A stretch of 64,000 nucleotides of DNA from NCBI GenBank assembly GCA_038496445.1, contig JALMLS010000448.1, positions 62,001 to 126,000 of the forward strand, written 5' to 3'. Source of the DNA: Trichosphaerium sp. ATCC 40318 (lineage: Eukaryota > Protista > Tubulinea). This document shows positions 13,247 through 25,147 of this stretch, in pieces; position 1 is the stretch's first letter, and every line of letters starts with the position of its first letter. Position numbers and translations under genes: made by a program. Below the pieces are notes generated by a model. That model ran no database searches and had not been told where the DNA came from. It saw only the letters and a list, made by a program, of their open reading frames with translations.

Positions 13247-13824
13247 AACAAATAAATTATAATTTATCCAAACATTTCTAGTATTGTGCTTTGTTATTAC
13301 AAATAACAGATGTTGCTAAATTCAAACACCCGTATTTATTGGCTCAATGCAATTAACGCAAGTGTAAAGGTGGCCGTGGTACCGGTTTAGTAGGCTACAA
13401 AGATTCTTAGCGGGTTAACATATCAAATTTAGTTGATTTCGAATTTCGACTGAAAGTCGATTTGAACTTGTTGTCAATGCAATAATTTTGCCATCCTAAG
13501 CGGTCCATTGGCTTAGAAAATGACACGTAGGCACCACTTAAAAGTTTCCGCTTTCCCGGCGGTGAAGCCTAAAATTGTGCGAATTTCCTGTAGTTGGGAA
13601 ACTTGTAAGTTGACGAGATACAGATTTTGAAATTAGTGATACATTTTCTTCGTGCAAGTACTTTCTTCGGTTGCATGCTTTAAAAAAGAACATACGTAGT
13701 GACAGCACGACATATATAGCAGGACTTTGGGTGGTAAAAACAGTGGAACTTGGCTTGCAAACCAAACTAAATTTAAAACAATTGCAAAGAAGGTCTTTAG
13801 GCCAAAAGTCTTAAAAGCCAAATT

Positions 13825-16800
13825 ATGGCGGATTACGTAGCTCGTGGTAAATACGCGCTAAAGTGGAATGTTACAACCGAAAAGAAAATACTTCTTGGAG
13901 AAAAAGGATTTAAACAAATAGAAGTTGGTAAAGACGGTTTCTTTGCATATCTGTACGTGCTATAATGCGATTTCAGTACATTTTTAGTTTATTTAATGAT
14001 TTAATTAAACAACCCCAAATAAAGCCTAAAAACAATAAATAGGGATAAAGACGGTACAGTAGCGCTATGTAAAGCGAATAAGACCAATGGTGGAGGTTAT
14101 ACAACAAAAATAGCGCTAAAACGAAAAGGAGCCTCTATTATATCCTTTGTCTTCCCTTATCTGTACGTTGGATACAACGACGGAATGTTTAAGGTGCGCG
14201 GAAAATTCGTATCATAAAAAAATCCAACAAAACATGTAAAAGTTCTCTGCCTTGACGCATGCATAACAAGACTTGTACAAGTACCAGAAACTGAATCCAA
14301 TTTGTGGAGAAAATGAACATTATTTTCTGGATTTGTTGCACGAAATTATAAGTTCTTAGAATTGATAAAAATAGTGATCACAACACCCCTTTTTAGTCGA
14401 TATTTATTTTGGTTGGAAAAATAAACTAACAAGACCGAAGGTCGCTCATGCAAGGAAGTTAACAGTTAGTACTGTTTTGGCTGGAATACACAAAGATGTT
14501 GAACTTTCAAAAATAGACAAAAAACAACTTCAAGAAACAAGGGACAGTTGCAGCATCGACGGTGCAGAGTCCGAAAGTGTAATGAGTGAAAGATCAGTAA
14601 GTGGTAGATCTAGAAATGGCAGAGGAACCATAGTTTGCGTAAATCAAGCCATAGACTGTACGCTAAAAAGCTTGTTTTATATTTTTTTTTGGTAACTTTC
14701 TTTTTTTGGATAGTGGGCGTTCGTGGGTTCGTAGTTTGCGACAATAAGTTTTGTGTTATTCTTCGAAGACACGTACGGTTTTAATCAGGTCATGTGCAGT
14801 GTTAACGTTTTATTTAGTTCGTATTATTTCGAATACGTAGATTGGAGATTATTGGAAGCGCCGATACTGGATTCTTGCAAGGTGACTCCACCCTAAAGTG
14901 AGTGTAATGTTACTGATGTTTATTAAGGTTTATCTCCTGAGAGCTGTAAACTTGAGCCATACAGATTATTCTTGAGCGGCAATGATAGATTTCAATGCTG
15001 GAATTTGAGAAAGGTTGGAATTAAAGGTTAAAAAGCCAATCCTAACAGTTCTATTCTTAGAAGTATACCAAAGTTTGCGAAGTTGTACCTAATTTAATGG
15101 GTTCTCAATGGATAGCATTGGGTAGACATGGTTCAAAAGTAGCTGCAACATCTATGAGTAACCTGGAGATATTCGATATTGACACATACAACAAAGAAAC
15201 AGGCGAAGTACGAACATTGGTTTTTTTTTCTCTTGTTTTGACAAGTCAAAAAGGGATACGTGAAACTCGATACAGAGACAACTCTTACAGCTCTACTATT
15301 TGATGATATCGGTCTCTTTACAGCAGATATTAATGGGGCACTACAATACAGGAATTTTTACACAGTAAGTGTCATGTATTAGTCGCAAGCGCTCACACAT
15401 TTTAGGGTGAAATTGTTACTCCAATGGAGAAGTCAAACTTGAACGTGGCTAGTAGAAAGAAAGATAAAAAGAAGAAGAGTGAAGAGATGGTTACATCCTT
15501 GCTTCAATATGACTGGTCTAAGAAAGACCCAATAAAATACATAAGAAGGATATCAAGATCTTTGGCAACTATATCAAAGAGTGTACGTTCCATCGCTTCA
15601 AGAGTGTAAAAGTTTTTTACATTAGTAAAGGGAGCGCTATGGTTTTTCGATGCAAACTATCTTCTCGGATACAGAAATGCTATGGGATTCAACTTGAAAG
15701 GATCTCCAACACCTATTACTGTAATACGCACAAGCAGAGGTTTTGAATTTGTCGCAGGTATGAGAAAACGAGCTCGTTCAAAAAAAAACCCGCGAAGTAG
15801 CACGTGTTTCCTTATCCGTTTTTGTTTCAGTACTACTTCACTCTTTTTTAACAAAATGAAAAGGTGGTGTTAAGAAGACGGATTCAGGGTCAAAGATACT
15901 ATCAATTATACAAACTGAAGCAATTGATAGAAATTATGTCCGTAAATTACCAAGGGTACTTAACGTAGATTTTGTTGTGTTTCGTAATGTTTACAACTCT
16001 TCGCTGGTTTATTCTTCTGTATAGTATGCTTCGTTGACACCTCATCCTGAAGCAATTGCCAACGCTCCTAATACACAAGCTCTTGTATCTCTTTTTGGTA
16101 ACCCGGTTTCCTGGTGGGAGTGGCAAGCACAACAAGTAAGTTAACAAGTTGATTCTGGTAGCTTTGTTTCAAATAACTTATTTGTTTTGTTTAGAGCCCA
16201 TGTACTGCCCTTGTATTTTATAGAGGAGACCGTGACGTTATGGATCAGGTATTTAGAACTGTTCACTTTTTGAAAAACTTCTCGTTGTAGGTCTTTGTTG
16301 TTAACTCTGTTTTCGTTCCGTTAGGTTTGCTTAAACCGTTGGAAGCAAGTTGAAGAAGCAGTGAGTTCTTATGCTAAAGTATTTTCAGTAAGGGGTAGTG
16401 AAATTGCTCCTTATAACAAGGTTTTGCCCATACCAGGTCAAATGATTGTAAGTAACTCCCAAAAGAAGCTCGGCTGACTAGAGAATTAGGAAGGCATGAA
16501 GGAATCCTTTCCTCACCTGGCTCAAGATGATCTTGGTGGAGTATGTGATAAGGTTATAACTAGAAAAGTAGAAGGAGACAACGTAAATAAGAATCAACAA
16601 ATAGATGATAAATAGATTAACTCCTTTTAGGTTGTTTTCACGTGCAAACAAAACGACGAGTGGAAAAACCCGATACCTAATTTTGAAGATGAGAACTTAT
16701 CGCTTGCAAGATATCACCAATGTTACATTTCTGATCACCCGACTGAGGAAAAAAAGTTCTCTCAATACAGTACGTCTTACGTTTTCTTGATCATTGTACT

Positions 16801-17057
16801 AAAGGCTCTTCATAGGTATATTGGTACAACTTCCTAATAGATCTGTTGTTGCGTATTCATCTACAGAACCAAAAGAAAGCAACTACATGGGAGACAAAGA
16901 TAGAGCTGATCCTATGAGCATAGGAGAGATAATAGCCAACCTTAAGGAAAACAATAGTGACGTTTGGAAACTTGATATGAAAGATATGATAAAGGTACTC
17001 ATTTACCAATCCAGAGCGCTTTCTAGTGTGTTTACTTTCTACACAAAGGCTGGGTGA
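13825..17057 (+). CDS. Multi-exon hypothetical protein; N-terminal WD40-like beta-propeller, possible degenerate thioredoxin/peroxiredoxin-like C-terminal region
   Basis: Consistent GT-AG exon chain from MADYVARGKY. Propeller-like strands include YLYVGYNDGMFK, LFLSGNDRFQCWNL and LFTADINGALQY. The C-terminal part has ALVFYRG...VC. The 3' end is uncertain. Confidence 0.6.
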
Positions 17058-17880
17058 CCCGCGTTGTTGGTCGGTTGGGGAAAGGCTCAGCGATCGCTTG
17101 GAAATATCAAGAAGAAATTCAAGATATAAGGAACTTGAGCTTCCTTTTCTTTTTTTTTTTGAATTGGTCACGTGTCCAAGAAAAGGAAGCTTTTAACACG
17201 TAAAAAAAAGACAGCAAAAGGGTTGTTATGTTTGAATATTATTATGAAGTGCAACAGAAAAAGGTATGAAATGATACCATCTGTTGAGGTACTGATTTGG
17301 GGACTATTTAACGACATAATAAATCTTTGACCTGTATACATGTATCAGTTTAGTAGACTTTGTGTAATTCTTTTTCTTATCTTTCGTCACACAACTACGT
17401 TTAGAACAGGGTGAGTTAGAATAGTTAGGTTAGCAAGAAAACAAAGCTGGAGCGCAAGTACGACTCTCCGCTGCTCAACATTTAGATGTGTATTGCTGTT
17501 GATCGATAATAGCCCTTGTTTGTTGCTGTCATACAAGTACTGTGGCGTCAAAGAAATAACTGAATGTTCCACTATGTCCAACAATGGCTATTTTTCTTGT
17601 GCTTCATTGACTTCCGAGTCTCATTCTTTATTGGCTCGGGAAATCACGTGGGATTTACAGCCAACTTCTATTTTTCCTGTCTTTTGTTGAAAAAAAAAAC
17701 ACAGCCAGCTTTCTTTACGTAGTAGTGGTTGAGGGATCATATAAAGGTGTTAATATTTTAAGGCTTGCTAAACGCGGAAGAACGGGGTTTTTCCGTCACG
17801 TGACTTGCCTTTTCTAAGCCGAAAAATAAATAACCAATAAAAAATAAAAAAAAAGGCACAACACAGCTCCTTGCGTGAAA

Positions 17881-20269
17881 ATGCTTTGTAACGTAGTACT
17901 ACAACTGATACTACTGTACATGTTATTTTTTATACATATAGAAGCACAAGGTTCGTACGCGCTTATTTTAAATAGTTTTTTATGGAATGATTCCTTTAAG
18001 GGCAATGTGTGACGTACTCAAAGGGCGGGTCACCTATTTGTGAAGATTTTGTGGAAGAAGGAGACGGTTTTTTACAACTTTTCGAAACTGTAGAGGAACA
18101 CTACAGTGTGGCTAACGCAGCCGTAAAAGGGTACTTAATTTAGTGATTTATAAACAGAACCCTTGTAGTGGGAACATACACCCAGAGCTAATGATGGTTA
18201 GGATAGCTTCAGCTGTCACTACAGGCGCTTGCAAGAGCGCTTATATGTCTATTTTTTGTCTAGACTTCTTCAGACCTTGTTTTAATATAACAAGTGATAT
18301 AGCAGATTTCGCTGGTACGTCATTGAATTCAATTCGAAAATATGTTACCCAAAACTTTCCGTTTCGCTCGAACAATAAATAAAAACACTCTTTGTGCTAT
18401 GGTCGCCACAAAAAACTGTTTCAAAAAAAAACACGTGTAGCTGCGGATATAAAAACGAACTTTTTTTTTGAACTAATTTTTTGTACTGCAGTAACTCCAA
18501 TATGCAAAAGTGATTGTTTGGACGCCAACAGCGTTTGTTCTGACAACGCAGAAGCGCTAGTAAGGAGACTACTTTAAAAACATTCATGGATAACTTATTT
18601 TCAGATATCCTCTGGTATTTTACCACCGAACTGTACATTTATAGATTCACTGTCGGGGCTTGAAGCATATCCAGAAAATGGATACGATTTTTTGGGTGTT
18701 AATTGCACTCACGTTCCTCCTATTGGCTCAAAAAATTTACAGTATTGTCCTCCGCCACTTGTACCAGATCCAGAATCTTCAGTGTGCCTGTAAGGACATA
18801 AGTAGTTACAAAACGCTTATAACATTGTAGGTTCCCTTGTCTGCCTCCATACTACAGTAAGGAATCACTTCAAGGGTTATGGTACACCAACCTTGCTTTG
18901 AGTTGGTTTACTTTTTTTATCTACGCTCTTTCACTTGCCACGTGGATTATCACGTGGCAGAAGTCAAAAAAAATAGAATTTCCTTATTACCTAAAGTACC
19001 TTTATCTTGCAAGTGCGTACCTGGTCGAAATTATGCAATTTTTCCAGTATGTCTAACTTATTGTATCAGCAACTGTGATTCACTATATTCCGCTTTGCTT
19101 GAGTACTTTCTATGGAGATTATGAGAAATATAATTGCTATTCTTCTACGACGAATAGAAGTCAGAAAAACTCCCCGATAATAGGCATATTCGGTACAAGA
19201 AGGAAGTAATTTAGTGTCACTAACTGAATATTTAGCGTTCATACACTTGTGGTTTAATTTTGCGTCAGACCTTTACATTGTTTGGATGGGATTGGCATTT
19301 ATTTATGTTGCTATTTATCTTAGACCCTTGTACACCATGTGGCACCGCGTATTGGTTCATGGTACTGCGTTGGGCATACCACTTTTCTTTACAATAGTAA
19401 CAGCAAGTTTAAACCGTCTTGGGTTCACACTATTGGCTCCTTAGTAAGTGCCCATTGAATGAATGTAGTATTTTAACTCTTTTTTTTTAGTCCAACTGTG
19501 AATGTTGAATTCAACGATTTTGTGTATACCTACTATGACACGTTGGAATTCTATCCAAAATTTATCACATATTTAGTAGGATGTGTTGTACTCACAGCTC
19601 TAGTATATCTCATAGCCAAGGTATTATAATTATCCTTTTATTCTTAGTAATTGCATACTTGCATCGACTACATCGACTAAAGTCAAAAAACTTCAAATCG
19701 ACAGTCGAAAAAATCAGTTTAAATTTACCCAGTCTAACATATTTCTTTTCCAGCAAATGAAGAGAGCCAATGTATTCAAGAACTCGCGTCAACGTACAAT
19801 ATTCTATAGAACAGTCATAATAACAATAGTTCATGTCATATTTATAACCCCTTACTTCGCAACATACTTTCATGGTAAGCACCCTTTTTCTCTTTTTTTT
19901 TTTGTGTTACGCACTCATTTCTGTTCAGCTAGAGTTCAGGATGAGAACCAAAAGATGGGCTTAGAGAATGCAATAGCTTGTGAAATCAAAGGCGAAGCAA
20001 ACTGTATGGATCGCTTCTTGGTAAGTCCCTAATAGCTTAATATAAGTGTTAACTGATTTTGTTTACATTAGAGTACTATACCATATTGGACAATTGCTGC
20101 TACTTGGATGTGCCTTGCTTTAAATAGACTTGCATTTTATTTCGCTCTTAACCTACACACTGAAACGTGGAGGGTTCTTTATGGCATTGCTGCACCAAAT
20201 AATAGTACAGGAACAGGTACAACTACACCAGATGTTGGAACTATGAAAACAGCTACACCAAGCAGATAG
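17881..20269 (+). CDS. Frizzled/Smoothened-like GPCR (signal peptide, Fz cysteine-rich domain, 7TM)
   Basis: Signal MLCNVVLQLILLYMLFFIHIEA. CRD cysteines ACKSAYMSIFCLDFFRPC and PICKSDCLDANSVC, then linker YCPPPLVPD...CLFPCLPPYY, then several hydrophobic TM exons. Stop is TAG at 20267-20269. Confidence 0.8.
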
Positions 20270-21687
20270 TAACGAAGAAAAGAAAACAATGTAGTTTTAC
20301 TTAATAAAATATAAAATGCCAAAAGCACAAAGTTCGGATTTAACATTAGTACCAACGCAACTACTGGCGCCCTCTCGGAGGACTACTTTAACTGGTTTTA
20401 ATATTCAGAGTCTTTCGATTATAACATCAGCGGATGGGTGTACATAGCCCTTTTGTTTCTCTTGTCTAATATGTGGGTATTTTCCACGTGTTCACCATTT
20501 CAGAATGTTATCTGAATCACCTTCTGAAGTGAATGTACCAACCGCGGTTCGTAGCCATCAAAAACCTGTTACCGGCGCTACTTACCCGCTTTTTGTTGAA
20601 AGCCGTTTCAACCTACAGAATAAAACTATAATTGCCTCTTGGGCCCTTCGAAGCACGCGCAGTATCTTACGATTCTTGAGCTTATCGAACAAGTAATTTT
20701 CAAGTCTTCACTGGCGGTTAAACTAACAAATCCAAGACTCAAGCAGTTTACTGCTGATGTATTCGTTACGGACTTGTTGACCTTTGAGTTTTTTTACTAC
20801 AAAAAAATTATAATTACTGTACCTGCGCATAGCCTACTGTTCGTTTGATAATATTCAAGCGTCTGAAAAATTATTGGGCGCTTTGTAAGTTTGTTTAGCT
20901 GAATTGGTTTTTGTGTGGACGGAATCAGGGCAAAGCCGTTGAAACGCGTTGTTAGGACATGTGTATGAAAAATACAGGCTAGTGTACCGAGCCACGTTTA
21001 GAAAGGCGGTTTTTTTCATAACAAGTGTAAGTGTGATATTTACACGCAGTAGTAGTGCGTTTATAATTTCTTGGCTCTGTTTCGGCAAAACGGAGAAAGT
21101 TGTAGTTTTTTTTTTGTAATTTCGCTCAAAAACCACTTAGTTTTTTTGGTAGTGCGTAGGACGTACAGAAGGAGTTTTAAAACGGACTATCCTAAAAATT
21201 TCTCGCAAATGCGGTACTCGCCGTTGAAAATAGCCGAGCAACGTAATAACGCGCTCGGAGCAAATTTCTAAAGGATTTAGAGCGTCATGGTAGCGAGAAC
21301 AAGGGTAAACGAATTTATTTGAAAACAGACTTAAACGCAGTTATACAGCGAAATTATAGCGCCAAACGAACCTCCAGTGCACAGGCCGGGCGAAGAAAAC
21401 TTCAAAACTGCGCAGGGAGGTCGTTGAACTTAAATTGGTTAGGACTTGTGAATCAGGGCTAAAACTGAGTGATAGCGCGTTCCTGAGCGTAATAAAGCGG
21501 TTTTGCAGTACTACCAGCAAGTTTCATACAAGTTCGTTATTTTTTTTTTCAAAACAAACGGCGAAGTGATAAATCGCTGAAAAAACACTTAGATCGTAGT
21601 TTTTAACGTTTATTTTTTAATTACAACAATAAATAAGTTTAACCGCCTGAATGCGGTTTGAAAATTGTTTTTTTGGTCTACGACGCT

Positions 21688-22937
21688 TTAATGATCAGCA
21701 GCGAACGCAGTTAGGACTTGTTTGAACAATGGAGAGTCCAATGAAAGCGGATAATCAAACATTGTTTGTCCAATACCGCAAGTGAAGCCAAGAACAGGTT
21801 CGTTCTCTACAACAGATAGAGTTTGCTCGCATATCAAGTAAGCTTTTTGCCAAGACTTTATTTTTTCGGATCTGATTGAGAATGTCCATGGACGGTTTCT
21901 TTTACGGTTATCATGTATCTCTACCCATCTATAAAGAATTTATAAGTTTAAGAATTCACGGTAGACAAAGAAAAGTTTTTCAGAGTGCTGTGTTTGCAGT
22001 CTTTGTGCAAAAAAAAAAAAAAAGAAGTTCCTTTTTTGTTCCGGAGATACGCACCTTCTCATGGCTTTGTACCGATGATAATTAGAAACAGAATTCTTCT
22101 CTTTTTCGCTTGTGAACACATGCAAAGCAAACATGAATAAATCGTGGTTCCTGCAAGCAAAGTGTAAGTTGTTGATTTTTTTTTATCCAAAAGTTGTGTT
22201 TTTGTTTTTTTGTGTCCACGTGTGCACACTGAAGAAGAATTGCAAGCCAAAAAAAAACGTACACTACTTTATAAAGGTTCTCCTCTTCTAGAGGTTCTAC
22301 GCCAATATTGTGCTTGATAGCGAGGCTTAATCCGTATAAGATTGGAGCGCCGTTACGCCCGAATAGATTTACGCAATATGGAGTGTAAATGAGCTTAAAT
22401 TTACCAGACTGAACCATTTCATCGTCAACGATGATTTCTGGTAGCGTAGGAGAATTTGCGAGCTCGGAAGCACCAAATTGCGTCCCATGGTTCTGTATTC
22501 TACTAGTGGATGCGTCTTCTAACGACATGTAGTTTTGTTGCATGCAAAACTAAAAGGCTAATTAGCAGGAGGAACTTCCGATTAAAAAAAAATTCACTTC
22601 AACGTTTCTTCAAAAGAAAACGTTTCATGATCACGTGTTTAAGCGTTTGTAAAGGTTAACGTACTTGATCTTGGGTATTAAAAGGCGCAAAGGTATAGTC
22701 CTCATTTATATAGTACTTGTTAGGCTGTTCTATGTCCATACTTGTTGCGTCTTGCGTTTCGGGTTCATATTGGCCTTGATACTGAGGCGCTTCGTAATTG
22801 TAAATGTCATCAGTCATGTCGGTGAATTGAGACTGAGCAAACGGCTGTTGTGGGAATGGAAGACTATAATCTGTCGTGTCAAAGAAACAATCTAGCTCTG
22901 ATGTGTATGATGGAGAAGAGTGTTGTACGCAAAGCAT
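21688..22937 (-). CDS. Hypothetical protein, acidic/Gln-rich N-terminus plus globular C-terminal domain (transcription-factor-like layout)
   Basis: Four exons join in frame through GTACGT/GTGCGT-AG introns: MLCVQHSS...TQDQ, FCMQQNY...LYKV, VNHDLFMF...AMRR, WVEIHDN...AADH*. Confidence 0.65.
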
Positions 22938-23252
22938 TTTTAAGTTTTTGTTTGAAATTGTTAAGTCCAGATCTTCTCTTTCTTCGTCTTGACTAATAAA
23001 TAATGTAGGAGATGTATTTAAATCTGATTGTATTTGATCAGACGTGCTACGTTCGTTGTAAGTGTATGTGGTATTTATAAAGCGAACGCAAGGCGAAATT
23101 ATTAATTTCCCTCACTGAAAATAATATCGCGATATTCGGGTATAGGACAAAAACGGGGTTTGTATGAGTCCCGGGGAGCATATATAAGCCCTCCGGTAAT
23201 ATTTTTATGGTGCGTTACCGTTTCAAATAAACGAAAAACTTTAAAAAAGCTC

Positions 23253-23792
23253 TCACGTGTACCTTATATCAAGGAGTTGTACGTCTATTGTATCCCAAAA
23301 GTCTTCCCCAAAATCATCCTCTTTTTTGGCACGCATTTTTTTGACATTCTTGACATTCTCCTCGTTATGTTTGAAGATGCCTCCTGCGGAGCTCCATCGT
23401 TCGAACATATACTGTAGACTCATTGCTAGCCTCGTTATGTTTGTCGACAATAGTCATTGCACAAAGAACCTAATAACGTCCGTAAAACTAAAGATTTTGT
23501 TTTGAGATTTTGACCGTCACTGACTTTTCAGCATTTTCTCACTGAAATATTGCGTCATAATGTGTGACCTTTTTTTAAAAACCATGGTATTAGGTTCGTA
23601 GCCATGTGTAGTTATTGTTTTGGTGAGGTAGGTTTTTTGTGTTATTATTTTAACACTAAAATACACTTTCAGCTTAAACAGCCAGTTCCTGATATGATAT
23701 GTATTTGACATGGTGTTCAGCGCCTTTTCATCATTTTGTAGTTATTTCTTGCATATTTTTAGATACACAAGCATAGTTCGCTTAATGTTCAT
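23253..23792 (-). pseudogene. Candidate decayed ORF
   Basis: One frame of about 180 codons (it contains ORFs 23517-23711 and 23253-23450) is interrupted by TAA, TGA and TGA. No recognisable family. Confidence 0.3.
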
Positions 23793-24419
23793 GGGGGTTG
23801 AATACTTGTGCTACACACAATACTACGAAGAGTTTAAAACTATCACGTGTCAAGGAGTGAAGTCAATTTGATATCAAATTATCAAAAGTTGGAAGTTTTT
23901 TTATGCCGCTTGTTTCACTGCACAGTTATTGCAAACGAAGATATGTAGTATGACAGCGTAATACAGTGAACCAGGAAAATAGTAGTGAGCATAGTTAGCA
24001 ATAAAGAAAACTAGTGAGAGAAAAAGTCGTGTCACCGAGATATGCAAGATCGCTTTCTGGCGCTGCTGCAAGCACGTCCTTGATGTTGTACGTGCGATAA
24101 GCGAAGCACAGCTCACCTGCATGATTGTGAAAAGTGCTCGTACTTATTCACGGCTCGTTGGTAGTGGTTGAGACTACCACCGCTGCCTACAACTTTGGCA
24201 GTATTTAATTGCACCTAGGCAAATATTGCTGAATATTATAATAATCAGCAGGCTAAGGTTGCTCTGAACTGCCAATAACCAAGCTGTGTTTTCATGCTGT
24301 AGCCTAGATTTTTCTTGCTGTAGCCTGGAGTGGGCGGTCACAAGTTAGTGTATAGCGGGCATGGCTAGGGAAAATGATCACAAATCAATATAGCATAAAC
24401 TTACCATGAATAATATGCA

Positions 24420-24880
24420 TGTACTAGAGCGTCTGCTTACTTGGCATCGCACACTAAGGATTTTTAGGTAGTGTGAACCACATAGCGTCACCGAGGATTA
24501 CTTCTCCTTATCTTGCTGTATATTTATCCTGCCCAAGGCTACGTGAGCGAAAGTTAAAACAGTTGAATACTTCATCACATTTTTTTTCAAAATTTGTGTT
24601 GTTCAGTACCAGCGACGATTTAATGGTTAGTAGGTATACGATAGCCTGTTCACCTGATTCTCTTTTATTTTCTACTAGCATTGTAAACAAAAATTGTGCT
24701 GTTGGTAGAAAACCTTACACGTACCTCTGCACGAGCTGTACGAGCTATTTACCTTGGACACAGTTTACTCTCACATTCTTTTTCATCTTCTTCTTCCTCC
24801 CCATCTACGCTATCGTTATAACACCATCCTTAGTGATTTTCTCAAGCGCGATTTTGGCTTTGTATGATCTATGCATATGA
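24420..24880 (-). pseudogene. Candidate decayed spliced gene fragment
   Basis: Coding-like acidic patch DGEEEEDEKE, a GTACGT donor at about 24724 and scattered stops. I could not build an intact model. Confidence 0.25.
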
Positions 24881-25147
24881 GTGAAACGTTAAAATACTTC
24901 ATAATAAAAAACGTAGTTTGCAGCATGAATGTTGTCCTTGGTTCGGAGAAACCCCCTGTTTGCATTTCTGAACGGTAGTGTGTACACCTTCAGACAGATA
25001 GCGTTAGGTCAAGATCAATGCATCAATGTCATCGGAGTATGGAAGAAAACAAGAGGTTACGAGGTACGTGTATGATAGATTTATTTTTTTGCTACTTTTT
25101 TTTGGTATCAACATTTACAAGCTGTCAAATAATCAAAACATTCTTAT

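Noticed and set aside
18606-18612. ATATCCT, resembling a U12-type AT-AC 5' splice site (also at ~58089)
   Set aside because: It directly follows an AG acceptor and is in-frame exon sequence (ISSG; DILDTAG). No minor intron is needed.
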